A DNA stretch of 64,000 nt from an uncultured Acidobacteriota bacterium (GCA_963805975.1 CAWDVR010000002.1:288001-352000); one strand, 5' to 3'; shown: positions 54,782 through 64,000, counted from the first letter of the stretch. The notes: generated from the sequence alone by a model not told the origin. A program made the numbers and translations.

Positions 54782-56071
54782 TCATTCCCCTGGCTCTTCA
54801 GGGGTAAACAGCCGGCGGCCGGTCTGCCGGATGCGCTGGAGCACCTTGTCGACTGTGCCGCAGTGGTCGTGAATCTTGATCCGCACCTGGACAAATGCCT
54901 GCTCCGCCCGCTGCATCAGGTAGGGGAGATGCGCCGTCTCGTCAACGAAGTAGACCGAGGGCTTGCCCAGGGCGAGAGCGATCCCCGCCTCGTAAATCAC
55001 GCTCGAAAGCCGCTTCTCGGGATAGAAGAGCAGGAAGTAGCGGCTCTCCTTGAGCGCTTGGTAGTCATCGCCCAGCGACTGGTCCTGCGCCTCGAAGTCC
55101 GCGATCCTCTCGAGGTTCCTGCCGGCGAAGAACACCGAGCGGCAGCCGCAATACTGCAGCAGCGCCTGCTCGATGCTCAGGGCGCTGTTGCGATAGCGGC
55201 TGTAGGACTCTTCGTCCGTGAGGGCGGCCATCGGGGCCGCCAGGAAGACGTCGTAACGGTACCGGCTGAAGGCGGTCTGGATCTTGTCGCGAACCCAGAG
55301 GTAGACGTCGCTCTGGGCATCCCGGGGCTTGACGATCTCGGTGTGGGAGCCGCGGACGACCTTCTTGCGTTTGGAGGCCAGGCCGATCCCCGCGCTCAGG
55401 GGATGGACCCAGAGATCGGTCGCCCCCAAGACCGCCCAGGTGGGGAGGGTGAAGCGGTCGGGAACATCGATGCTCTCGTCGAGGTAGAGGTAGTCCTGGA
55501 ACTTCTCGTTGGTCCGCTGGACGAGCTCGCTGTTGCTGCGCAGAGCGCGGATGTCCGAGGTGACCCCGGGAAGCCAGGACGGCAGCCACGAAGAACCGAG
55601 CTGCGGGGTGGCCATGAGGATCAGCCCGCTCAGCCTCGCGATGGGCGAGTGCTCGCGCGTGTCCAGCAGCTTGGCGATCGCCGCCTTAGAGAGCAGGCCT
55701 CCCATGCTGTGCCCCACGAGGACGATGCTCTGGTAGTCGGCCAAGTCGTCCCGGAGGATCTGGGCGAAGACCTCGGCCTCATGGTCGAGCGAGATCGACC
55801 TCCAGAATTTGAGCCGTCGGAACATCGTGACGTAGGAGTACAGACCTATGTCGACATCTCCGAGGTCATGGAACAGGAAGCTGGGTAGAGAGCCCCAGGT
55901 CGAGCGTGCGCCGTAACGGCTGCCGCCAAGGCCGTGCACGAGCACCACCAGGCGCCGGTTGTCGGTGGGCGAGGAGCGCTGGTGGACGACCAGCGCCTCT
56001 TCCTCGAGGGCTCGGTCCTCGGGCTCGCCAAACGTCGGTTGCGTGATCCGCTTCATTGACTCCGGTCTCAT
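54782..56071 (-). CDS. Alpha/beta hydrolase fused to a nucleoside-deoxyribosyltransferase/TIR-like domain
   Basis: VHGLGG, GHSMGG, ATPQLGS, D in GATD, H in GSHTEIVKP; C-terminal YDVFLAAPM ... SSVIYEAGIALALGKP. Confidence 0.75.
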   Translation of the reverse strand: MRPESMKRITQPTFGEPEDRALEEEALVVHQRSSPTDNRRLVVLVHGLGGSRYGARSTWGSLPSFLFHDLGDVDIGLYSYVTMFRRLKFWRSISLDHEAEVFAQILRDDLADYQSIVLVGHSMGGLLSKAAIAKLLDTREHSPIARLSGLILMATPQLGSSWLPSWLPGVTSDIRALRSNSELVQRTNEKFQDYLYLDESIDVPDRFTLPTWAVLGATDLWVHPLSAGIGLASKRKKVVRGSHTEIVKPRDAQSDVYLWVRDKIQTAFSRYRYDVFLAAPMAALTDEESYSRYRNSALSIEQALLQYCGCRSVFFAGRNLERIADFEAQDQSLGDDYQALKESRYFLLFYPEKRLSSVIYEAGIALALGKPSVYFVDETAHLPYLMQRAEQAFVQVRIKIHDHCGTVDKVLQRIRQTGRRLFTPEEPGE

Positions 56072-56105
56072 GGGCGAGCCTACCAGAGGGCTCGATGGCT
56101 CGAGC

Positions 56106-56492
56106 TCAAGGGGCCACGGCCTGGAAGGCGAGGAAGCCCAGCACCACGAGCACGGCTTCGGCGAAGGCCCAGAGCAGCAGGTCCGCGGTGCCGGACGAAG
56201 AGGGGGCGAGCCGCAGGCAGGCGACGACGAAGGCGAGCCCCGCGAGGCCCAGGACCGGCGCCCAGCTCTTGGCCGCTCGCGGCGACCGGCGCCGGAGGCC
56301 GTAGGCGAGAGGCAGGATGCCGAGCCCTGTCCACGCGAGCGCCCAGAGGGCGTTGCTCAGCACCAGGCTCTCGAAGTCGAAGGCCGGCGCCGAGCCCGTG
56401 GAGGCTTCCGCCCAGTGGAAACCCAGGTGGAGGACCACCGGCAGCGAGAACAGCACTGCGAAGCCGGTGGCCGCCGCGGCCAAGGAGCTCAC
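56106..56492 (-). CDS. Small 4-TM membrane protein
   Basis: GTG at 56492 overlaps the kinase stop (GTGA); four hydrophobic segments in 128 aa. Confidence 0.6.
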   Translation of the reverse strand: MSSLAAAATGFAVLFSLPVVLHLGFHWAEASTGSAPAFDFESLVLSNALWALAWTGLGILPLAYGLRRRSPRAAKSWAPVLGLAGLAFVVACLRLAPSSSGTADLLLWAFAEAVLVVLGFLAFQAVAP

Positions 56493-59113
56493 GCCGCCCC
56501 CTTGGCCGGGCGAGCGGACGGGGAGCTGAGAAGGCTCGCGAGCTCCGGCGTCTTCCTCAGCTCGTCGAACCACGGGAACTCGAACCAGCGCGCCTCGACC
56601 CCGCTCGCGAGCGCACGCTCGGCGTGGTACAGCGCCGAGGCACGGTCCCCCAGCAGGGCGAAGACCACCGAGACCTCGTAGGCGGCCTGCGGGTTGTCGG
56701 CCGCGCTCCGCAGCACGGCCTGCACGGCGGCGATGGCGTCCTGATTGCGGCCGAGGTGGGCCAGGGCCTGGGCACGGGTGCTTTCGAGCTGCCAGTGCGA
56801 GGACGCCGGGTCCGCCGCCACCAGCCGCAGCACGGACTCGTAGAGCGAGCGCGCCGCCGGCTCGCCGTGCGCCAGGAGCACCACGTCCGCCAGGTTCAAG
56901 GCCATCATCGGGTTCCTGGGCTCGCCCTCGGCCACCCGGCGGAAGGTCCGCTCGGCGTCTCCGTAGCGCTCGAGGAGGAAGTAGGCGAGCCCGAGGTTGG
57001 CGAGCTCGGTGGCCTCGGCAGAGCGCGCCACCAGCTTCTCGTAGAGCTCCGCCGCCCGCTCCGGGGAGCCGGAGAGGAGCTCGAGCTCCGCCAGCGTGGA
57101 CAGGGCCTCGTACTGGCCCGGCACCTTCGCCAGCACCTCTTCGAGCCGTTGCCGCGCCGCGACGGGGTCGCCGAGCTGCTTCTCGAGCGCGGCGGCACGC
57201 AGCAGGTAGCGCCACGAGGGGTGCTCGCGGGCCACCGTGCGCATCAGCTCCAGCGCCTCGGCGCCCTGGCCCTCGCGCAGCAGGAGCTGGGCGCGGCCGG
57301 CCAGCACCTCGGGATCGCCCGGCTGCAGGCGCTCGAGCTCGGCCAGCGCCTGCCGGGCGCGGGGCAGATCCTCGGCCTTGAGCGCCACCTCGTACTGAGT
57401 GATGAGCACGCGAGGGTCTTCCGGCGCCGCCGCCCGGGCCTCCTCGAGCAGCTCCAGGGCGCGTTCGAGGTCGGCGCGGTCACGGCGCTCGTTGAAGCGG
57501 TAGGTGAGCTCGTCGGCCTCGAAGATCGTCGCTTCGAGAAAGCGCGGCGAGCGCCGGCGGATGGCTTCGAGCGTCGCCACCACCTCGTCGCTCGCCAGCC
57601 GCCCGGCCCCCTCGGCCCGCAGCTCCGGCAGCAGCGTGAGGTACTGGGCGTAGTCCGCCGGCTCCACCTCGAGCCGCGGCGCGCCGCGCCGCAGGCGGCG
57701 GTCCGCATAGGCCCGCCGGAGGTGGCTCGCCACCGCCTCGGCCAGCAGATAGGGCTTGTCGACGGGAGCCTCGAAGCTCTCGGTCCACAACAGCGCGCCG
57801 TCCGCGCCCCGCATCCGCGCCAGCACCACCTGGCAGAGCGCGCCGCTGCAAGCGAGGCTCCCGGTGAGGATCTCGTCGGCGGCCACGGCCCGCGCCTGCT
57901 CGACCGGCGGACCGGTCAGCGGGTCGACCTGGGCCGGCGCCAGCGGCTGCACGCCGTCGAACGACAACAGGCCGCGCAGCAAGGAGCGCCGCAGGTTGGC
58001 GGCGGCGAGCTCGGTGCCGCGGTCCGGCGACGCGGCTTGCACCTCGGGCCGGGGCACCGCCACATAGATCGGCGGCAGCGGTCTGGCACGCAGCAGAAGG
58101 ACAGCCGCCACGGCCACGACGGCCAGCACTGCGGCGAGCGCCACGATTCGTGAGCGGCGCCGCAGCGCAGGAACCTCCGTGGCCTCCGCCCGCGCCCGCA
58201 GCGCGGCAAAGGCCTCGGTGGCGCTCGCCATCGTGCGGTGGTCTTCGAGCGGCCGGCCCGCCGCCAGGCTGCCGGTGCCGGTCCGGGTCGCCGACTCCGC
58301 GGCCAGGACGTCCGCCACCTCGAGCGCGGAGGCCGGCCGTTCGGCAGGCTGCTTGGCCAGCAGGCGGCCGACGAGATCGGAGACGGAGGCCGGCACCTCG
58401 GGGCGCAAGGTCGCCACGGCCGGCGGCCGGAAGCCGCAGATCCGGGTCATCCAGTCGAGCGGCGTCTGCGCCTGGAACGGGTGGTGGCCGGTGAGCATCT
58501 CGTAGAGCAGGCTGCCCAGCGAGAAGAGATCGGAGCGGTGATCCACCGGCTGGCCCTTGGCCTGCTCGGGGGACATCGCGCGGTAGGTGCCGACCACGGC
58601 GCCGTCGAGCGAGAGGTTGGCCTCGGCCTGCGAGTCGTAGAAGCTCTTGGCGACGCCGAAGTCGAGAATCTTGGCGTGACGGCTGCGGGTCACCATCACG
58701 TTGGCGGGCTTCAGGTCGCGATGCACGATGCCCTGGCCGTGGGCCTCGGCCAGCCCCTCGGCGATCTCGCGGCCGAGGCGCAGCGCCAGAGCGATCTCGA
58801 GCGGCCCGGCCGCCAGGAGGTTCTCGAGCGGCTCGCCTTCGACCAGCTCGAGCACCAGGGCATCGCCCTCGGGCGCCTCGAGCAGGTCGTGGATCTGCAC
58901 GATCGCCGGATGGTTGAGCGCCGCCGCCGCCCGCGCCTCGCGCCGGAAGCGCTCGCGGGCGCGGTCGTTGCCGGCCACCTCGGGGCGGATGAGCTTGACC
59001 GCCACCCACCGCCCCAGCCGCTCGTCGCGGGCGCGGTAGACCTCGCCCATGCCGCCGGCGCCGAGACGGCCCGTCACGCGATAGGGGCCGATCCGCTCCG
59101 GGGCACCCGCCAT
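56489..59113 (-). CDS. Hanks-type Ser/Thr kinase with TM helix and TPR-like repeats
   Basis: GAGGMGEVY, VAVK, HRDLKPAN, DFG, SPEQ, DLFSLG; TM near aa 325-340; helical repeats in the C-terminal half. Confidence 0.93.
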   Translation of the reverse strand: MAGAPERIGPYRVTGRLGAGGMGEVYRARDERLGRWVAVKLIRPEVAGNDRARERFRREARAAAALNHPAIVQIHDLLEAPEGDALVLELVEGEPLENLLAAGPLEIALALRLGREIAEGLAEAHGQGIVHRDLKPANVMVTRSRHAKILDFGVAKSFYDSQAEANLSLDGAVVGTYRAMSPEQAKGQPVDHRSDLFSLGSLLYEMLTGHHPFQAQTPLDWMTRICGFRPPAVATLRPEVPASVSDLVGRLLAKQPAERPASALEVADVLAAESATRTGTGSLAAGRPLEDHRTMASATEAFAALRARAEATEVPALRRRSRIVALAAVLAVVAVAAVLLLRARPLPPIYVAVPRPEVQAASPDRGTELAAANLRRSLLRGLLSFDGVQPLAPAQVDPLTGPPVEQARAVAADEILTGSLACSGALCQVVLARMRGADGALLWTESFEAPVDKPYLLAEAVASHLRRAYADRRLRRGAPRLEVEPADYAQYLTLLPELRAEGAGRLASDEVVATLEAIRRRSPRFLEATIFEADELTYRFNERRDRADLERALELLEEARAAAPEDPRVLITQYEVALKAEDLPRARQALAELERLQPGDPEVLAGRAQLLLREGQGAEALELMRTVAREHPSWRYLLRAAALEKQLGDPVAARQRLEEVLAKVPGQYEALSTLAELELLSGSPERAAELYEKLVARSAEATELANLGLAYFLLERYGDAERTFRRVAEGEPRNPMMALNLADVVLLAHGEPAARSLYESVLRLVAADPASSHWQLESTRAQALAHLGRNQDAIAAVQAVLRSAADNPQAAYEVSVVFALLGDRASALYHAERALASGVEARWFEFPWFDELRKTPELASLLSSPSARPAKGAA

Positions 59114-59259
59114 CGCTTCAGGAGCCGCTCGGCCGGAGCTTCACCGAGTCGGGACCAGGCCGCGAAAAGACCCGCATTTCTTCGGGGAAAAGCACCGCCA
59201 GACTCTACCACCCGCGCCCGGCCGGCCCTGGTTGAAACACTGGATCGGGGCGTGTGTGA

Positions 59260-59400
59260 GAGATCGGCATCCGCATGGCGATCGGCGCGTCGCGCGGCAG
59301 CGTGGTGGGGCAGGTCACGCGCCAGGGCCTCTGGATGGCCGGCGCGGGATTCCTGCTCGGCATCCTGGGCGTGATCTTCGTCTGGAAGCAGCTCGCCGGG
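59260..59400 (+). pseudogene. Remnant of an FtsX/ADOP permease C-terminal segment
   Basis: EIGIRMAIGASRGSVVGQVTRQGLWMAGAGFLLGI matches the E(I/L)G(I/L)R.ALGA motif; the rest of the gene is absent. Confidence 0.65.
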
Positions 59401-59456
59401 CCAGGAGCCCCGCCCGTGCCTTGCGCTCCCTCACCGCCTTTCCATAAGCTCGGCCC

Positions 59457-59651
59457 ATGCAGCGCACGGCGCAGATCTTTACAAATTTCAAAGAGGCTGC
59501 AAACGCTGATCGGGAGTTTTACGCCGCGCTGACCCCGCAAGAACGTCTCGATGTGCTGCTCGACCTGATCGCCCGGTATCGGGAGTCTTTGGGTGAAGCT
59601 GCAGAAGGATTTGCGAGAGTTTGTCGAGTTGTTGAACTCGCACGAGGTTGA
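59457..59651 (+). CDS. Small hypothetical protein, partner of the downstream nucleotidyltransferase
   Basis: F.EA..ADREFY..LTPQERL motif; overlaps the next gene; more AT-rich than flanks. Confidence 0.55.
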   Translation: MQRTAQIFTNFKEAANADREFYAALTPQERLDVLLDLIARYRESLGEAAEGFARVCRVVELARG

Positions 59652-60051
59652 ATTCCTCGTCGTGGGTGGCCACGCGGTAGCGTTTCACGGCTATCCCCGT
59701 TTCACCGGCGATATCGATTTTTTCGTAAGACCCAGTCAGCAAAACGCCTCCAAGATCGGCGATGCGCTGGAAGCCTTCGGCTTTCCAGAAGCACGACGAT
59801 TCCAGGAGGCACTGATGACGGAAGGCAAGATCGTTCAACTAGGCTACCCCCCGAGCCGCATCGACCTCCTGACCTCAGCAACAGGTCTGGAGTTCGAGGA
59901 CGCATCGAAACAGGCCATCCCGGGCGAGCTCGACGGGTTGCCGGTCCGGTTCCTGGACCGTTCGTCTCTGCTGCGAAACAAGAGGGCCTCCGGTCGAGCC
60001 AAAGATCTGGCCGATGTCGAAGAGCTCGAGAAGATCCTCCGGCCACGCTGA
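59593..60051 (+). CDS. Nucleotidyltransferase-fold protein (DUF6036-like)
   Basis: FLVVGG.AV..HG.PR.T.DID, RIDLL, L..NK.ASGR.KD..D.E.L. Confidence 0.82.
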   Translation: MKLQKDLREFVELLNSHEVEFLVVGGHAVAFHGYPRFTGDIDFFVRPSQQNASKIGDALEAFGFPEARRFQEALMTEGKIVQLGYPPSRIDLLTSATGLEFEDASKQAIPGELDGLPVRFLDRSSLLRNKRASGRAKDLADVEELEKILRPR

Positions 60052-60088
60052 AAGCTGGCGCCCCGTTTCCACCGACTCAAAGGACCCC

Positions 60089-61966
60089 ATGACCCGACGC
60101 ATGCTGATCAACGCGCAGCGCCCCGAGGAGCTGCGCATCGCCATCGCCACCGGCTCGACGCTCGACAACTACCAGGTCGAGGTCGCCGACTACAACCTGA
60201 CCCGCGGCAACATCTACCGCGGCGTGGTCGCCAACGTGCAGCCCAGCCTCAACGCCGTCTTCGTGGACTACGGCGCACCGCGCCACGGCTTCCTCGCCCT
60301 CCAGGACCTGGTGCCCGAGGCCTTCCACCACGAACCGGAGCGCGGCGAGCGGCGGCGCATCGAAGACCTGATGGAGCGCGGCCGCTCGGTGGTGGTGCAG
60401 GTGACCAAGGACGCCGAGGGCACCAAGGGCGCGGCGCTCACCACCAGCCTCTCCTTCGCCGGCCGCTACCTGGTGTTCACGCCCTTCGACGACACGCACG
60501 GCGTGTCGCGCAAGGTCGAGGACGAGGAGACCCGCCGCGAGCTCAAGGACCACGTCGCCAAGCTCGACGTGCCGGAGGGCGCCGGGGTCATCGTGCGCAC
60601 CAACGCCCTGGACCAGAACAAAGCCACGCTGTCGCGCGACCTCTCCGCGCTCCTGCGGCTGTGGAAGCGGGTCGAGTCCGAGGCCAAGCGCGGCAAGGGC
60701 CCCAAGCTCCTCTACGGCGACCAGGACCTGATCCTGCGCGCGCTGCGCGACTACCTGGACGCCTCGATCGAAGAGATCCTGGTCGACGACGACGACGCCT
60801 TCGAGAAGGCCGAGGACTATCTGAAGGCCTTCCTGCCGCGCGGCAAGGCGCGGCTCGAGCGCTATACGGAACGCACGCCGCTCTTCTCGCGCTTCGATCT
60901 CGAGTCGCAGATCGACCGCATCTACGAGCGGGTGGTGGAGCTGCCGGCGGGCGGCTCGATCGTCATCGACCGCACCGAGGCCCTGACCGCGATCGACGTC
61001 AACTCGGGCAAGGCCACCCGCGCCGCCACGCACGAGGAGACGGCGCTCGCCACCAACCTCGAGGCGGCGCACGCGGTGGCCCGCCAGCTCGTGCTGCGCG
61101 ACCTGGGCGGCCTGGTGGTGGTCGACTTCATCGACATGCGCGCGGCGAAGAACCAGCGCAAGGTGGAAAAAGAGCTGCGCGACGCGATGAAGAACGACAA
61201 GGCGCGTTCTTCGGTCGGCCGCATCAGCGCCAACGGCCTGCTCGAGATCAACCGCCAGCGCATCCAGCAGGCGCTGTCGCTGCGTACCCATCGCGCCTGC
61301 CCCACCTGCGCCGGCACCGGCCGCATCGCGAGCCCCGAGATGGTGGCCCTGGCGCTCTTGCGGCGCGTCCAGGCGCGGGCCGCCTCCGGCGCCCTCGCCC
61401 GGGTCAAGATCGGCCTCCACCCCGAGCTCGCCGACCACTTCCAGAACAACCGCCGCCAGGAGATCGCCGAGCTCGAGCGCGAGTTCGAGATCGAGGTGGA
61501 AGTGATCGCCGCCGCGCAGCTCCACCGCCCCGAGCAGGAGATCGAGTGGTTCGAGCGCACCGCCGAGGAAGTGCGCGCGCGGCGCGCGGCGCCGGTGCTC
61601 AAACCGGCCGCCCGGGAGGTCGCCGAAGCCAGCGTGCAGGCGGCGGACCTCGCCCTGCCCCCGTCCGACCTCGAAGAGGAAGAGGCGGAGGCCGGCAGGA
61701 ACGGTGACAAGCGCTCCCGCAAGCGCCGCCGTCGCGGTGGCAAGAAGAAGCACCCGCAGCCCGACGCGGCCCCGTCCCCAACGCCGGCGGTGGCAGCCGA
61801 GAACGGCGCCGCCGGCCCCGCCCCGAGCACCGAAAACCAAGGCGAGCCGAGGGCCGAAGAGGGCCGCCCCGGCAAGGCCAAGAAGCGCCGCCGCCGCGGC
61901 GGCCGAAAGCGCCGCAAAGACAGCGCCGGCGAAGACTCGGCAGCCCCGGAACCGGCCGCGGAGTGA
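60089..61966 (+). CDS. rne: Ribonuclease E/G family
   Basis: GNIYRG.V..V.P.L.A.FVDYG (S1), TEALTAIDVNSG, GGL.V.DFIDM, GLLE..RQR, CPTC.GTG; acidic/Arg-rich tail. Confidence 0.93.
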   Translation: MTRRMLINAQRPEELRIAIATGSTLDNYQVEVADYNLTRGNIYRGVVANVQPSLNAVFVDYGAPRHGFLALQDLVPEAFHHEPERGERRRIEDLMERGRSVVVQVTKDAEGTKGAALTTSLSFAGRYLVFTPFDDTHGVSRKVEDEETRRELKDHVAKLDVPEGAGVIVRTNALDQNKATLSRDLSALLRLWKRVESEAKRGKGPKLLYGDQDLILRALRDYLDASIEEILVDDDDAFEKAEDYLKAFLPRGKARLERYTERTPLFSRFDLESQIDRIYERVVELPAGGSIVIDRTEALTAIDVNSGKATRAATHEETALATNLEAAHAVARQLVLRDLGGLVVVDFIDMRAAKNQRKVEKELRDAMKNDKARSSVGRISANGLLEINRQRIQQALSLRTHRACPTCAGTGRIASPEMVALALLRRVQARAASGALARVKIGLHPELADHFQNNRRQEIAELEREFEIEVEVIAAAQLHRPEQEIEWFERTAEEVRARRAAPVLKPAAREVAEASVQAADLALPPSDLEEEEAEAGRNGDKRSRKRRRRGGKKKHPQPDAAPSPTPAVAAENGAAGPAPSTENQGEPRAEEGRPGKAKKRRRRGGRKRRKDSAGEDSAAPEPAAE

Positions 61967-62006
61967 GGCCGGGCGCCGCGGATCCCGATGCTAAGATGCC
62001 GGGAGC

Positions 62007-63776
62007 GTGATCGAGTTCGAGAAGGTCAGCCGCTACGACATCGTCGAGAAGGTCGCGGAGAGCCCTTTCGCGGTCGTCTATCGCGGCCGAGACAGCACCA
62101 GCCTCCGGCCGGTGGCGATCAAGGTGTGCATCGCCGCGGACTCCGCGTTCCGCCAGCGCTTCCTGCGGCTGGCCGAGGCGGCGGCGCCGCTCCGCCACCC
62201 GCACATCGTCGAGATCCTGGAGTTCGGCTCCGGTGACGGCAAGCCCTATCTGATCGAAGAGTTCCTCACTGGTGAGGATCTGCGCCACCGCATCGCCCGC
62301 CGCGGCACGGTGGACGGCGAGCGCGAGCTCGCGCTCCTCGGCGAGGTGGCGCGCGGCCTCGAGCACGCGCACCGGAAGGGTGTCCTGCACCAGGATCTGA
62401 AGCCTGCCACCGTGCACCTCGAAGACGGCGAGAGGGTGAAGCTGGTGGACTTCGGCATCGCCCGCCTGGCGAGCGCCGCCACCCGCCTGGCCTCGCCCGC
62501 GGCCTTCTCCGCCGCCGGCGGCTACCTGCCGCCCGAGCAGGCCCTGGGCCTGCCCGCCGACGCGCGCACCGACGTCTTCTGTTTCGGCGCCCTGGCCTAC
62601 GAGCTGCTGTCCCGGCACCCGCCCTTCCCGGGCTCGAGCCCGGCCGAGCTCCTGGATCGCGCGCTGGTGGGCCGCCCGGTGCCGCTCGGCGACCTGTGGC
62701 CGGACTGCCCACCCGCCTTCTCGGCCCTGGTGGACCGCTGCCTTTCCGCCAGCCCGGGCGCCCGGCCGGCGGGCTTCGACGAGCTCAACGAGGAGCTGGC
62801 GCCGATCCACGAGCAGTTGCGCGGGCGCCCGCGACGCTTTGCGCGCCGCGTGGACGAGACGCAGTCCGGCCGCGCCGTGTCGCTCGACGACACCATGGCC
62901 ATCCCTCCCGAGATGACGCGGCTCCGCGAGCCGGAGGGCCCCGCCCGGGCCGGCAAGGCCGATGCCCGCGAGGAGAGCCTCAAGACCGCCTACGTCGTGC
63001 CGCCTCCCTCGCCGGACGAAACTCTGGAGTCGACCTTGGTCGCGTCGGTGCCGTTCCTGCCGTCCGCCATGTCGGCCCCCTTGCCCACCGCCGCGGCCGA
63101 CACGGCGGAGACTCCGCCGGCGACCGCGGCGGTGCCCCCGGCCGCGGTGGAGCCACAGCCCAGGCCCGCCCGGTTGCCGTGGATGCCGGCGCTGCCGGAC
63201 AGCGCGCCCTCCCGGGCGCTGCCGACGGCCCCCACGCCCGCGCCCAAGACGCAGCCCGTCCGCCCCGTCTTGCGCCAGCGGTCCCGCTGGCTGATGCCGG
63301 CGCTCGGAGTGGCCGGGCTGCTGGCGGCCACGGCGTTGCTGATGAGCCTGCGCAACGACTCGCCGCCCGCTCCGGCTCCGGCCGGCGGGTCCGCGGCGGT
63401 CTCGCCGGGGCCCTTGGCCACGCCTGCTCCTCAGGCCCCGGCCGAGGCCCCACCCATCGAGAACGGCGGCCTGCTGGTGATCGACGCCACGCCCTGGGCC
63501 GAGATCGTGCGCGTCGTCGACGCGGCCGGCCGCGAGCTGCCGCTGCCGGCCGCGCGGTACACGCCGCTCTCCCTCGCCGTGCCGGCCGGCCGCTTCCGCG
63601 CCGAGCTGGTCCGCCCCGGTGCCCGGAAGCCGGCCCGGGAGTCGACCCGGGAGTCGACACGGGAGCCGGTCTCCTGCGAGGCGGTGGTCGCCGCCGGCGG
63701 CACGGCCGTCTGCCGCGCCGACCTCGGCCGCTTCGAGGCGGCGGACTACTTCAAGGAGACCGGGTGGTGGCGTTGA
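62007..63776 (+). CDS. Ser/Thr kinase-like protein (probable pseudokinase) with Pro-rich linker, TM and small extracellular domain
   Basis: VAIK, HPHIV and DFG present; Gly loop is AESPFA, catalytic loop is HQDLKPAT. Confidence 0.85.
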   Translation: MIEFEKVSRYDIVEKVAESPFAVVYRGRDSTSLRPVAIKVCIAADSAFRQRFLRLAEAAAPLRHPHIVEILEFGSGDGKPYLIEEFLTGEDLRHRIARRGTVDGERELALLGEVARGLEHAHRKGVLHQDLKPATVHLEDGERVKLVDFGIARLASAATRLASPAAFSAAGGYLPPEQALGLPADARTDVFCFGALAYELLSRHPPFPGSSPAELLDRALVGRPVPLGDLWPDCPPAFSALVDRCLSASPGARPAGFDELNEELAPIHEQLRGRPRRFARRVDETQSGRAVSLDDTMAIPPEMTRLREPEGPARAGKADAREESLKTAYVVPPPSPDETLESTLVASVPFLPSAMSAPLPTAAADTAETPPATAAVPPAAVEPQPRPARLPWMPALPDSAPSRALPTAPTPAPKTQPVRPVLRQRSRWLMPALGVAGLLAATALLMSLRNDSPPAPAPAGGSAAVSPGPLATPAPQAPAEAPPIENGGLLVIDATPWAEIVRVVDAAGRELPLPAARYTPLSLAVPAGRFRAELVRPGARKPARESTRESTREPVSCEAVVAAGGTAVCRADLGRFEAADYFKETGWWR

Positions 63777-64000
63777 GAGCGCACCGCGCCCGGGCCGCGG
63801 TGGCCGCCCTCCTCATCGTGCTCCTGGCGCCCACCGTGCCGGCCGCCGAGGACGACTTCCTCGACCACTACAAGGCGGGCCTGGCGGCGATCTCCCGGCA
63901 GGACTACCGGGCCGCGGCCGAGTCCATGCGCCAGGCGATCGCCGGCAAGACGGACGAGGACCCTCGCCTGGCGCGGAAGCTCTACCTGAAGCGCTACCTG
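63773..64000 (+). CDS. Secreted TPR-like protein, 5' part only
   Basis: TTG overlaps the kinase TGA; signal peptide then DHYKAGLAAI..QDY..AA..MRQAI; open to the window edge. Confidence 0.65.
   Translation, partial: MRAHRARAAVAALLIVLLAPTVPAAEDDFLDHYKAGLAAISRQDYRAAAESMRQAIAGKTDEDPRLARKLYLKRYL

Noticed and set aside
63634-63668. 12-bp tandem repeat encoding RESTRESTREP; also the TIDP repeat at the hisIE N-terminus
   Set aside because: Short in-frame slippage duplications with no spacers; not CRISPR-like.

Overview
A very GC-rich bacterial chromosomal segment. It is most likely Acidobacteriota, probably Thermoanaerobaculia-like; this is inferred from an ADOP-type duplicated permease, a Cys-rich insert in RpoB, an aroD-aroE fusion and Hanks kinases. 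1-13.9 kb: one tightly coupled minus-strand biosynthetic operon, aroDE-hisZ-G-D-C-B-H-A-F-IE-trpE-G-D-C-F, running off the left edge. It is preceded by an unannotated 27-codon leader peptide with a Trp-His-Trp-His-Ala-His core and an alternative-hairpin/terminator cassette, which looks like a dual Trp/His attenuator (best finding). 14-33 kb: two VapBC-type TA pairs, Smr, SDR, ALDH, serC, UbiD, an M20 hydrolase, an S8 protease, a PAS-GGDEF-EAL protein, small Cys-rich secreted proteins, and two secreted proteins sharing an unnamed ~115-aa C-terminal domain. 33-48 kb: core rpoC-rpoB-rplL-J-A-K-nusG-secE-tRNA-Trp-tuf cluster plus tRNA-Thr/Tyr/Gly/Thr. 48-64 kb: RRM protein (probable ATT start), ADOP permease, aspartyl protease-PDZ, cis-prenyltransferase (probable CTG start), a possible conflict module (DP-EP protein, alpha/beta-hydrolase-NDT/TIR-like fusion, kinase-TPR), RNase E/G and a pseudokinase. 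Seven +1 frameshifts (hisC x5, hisD, S8) look like sequencing errors. All calls come from reading motifs by eye; no database searches were run.
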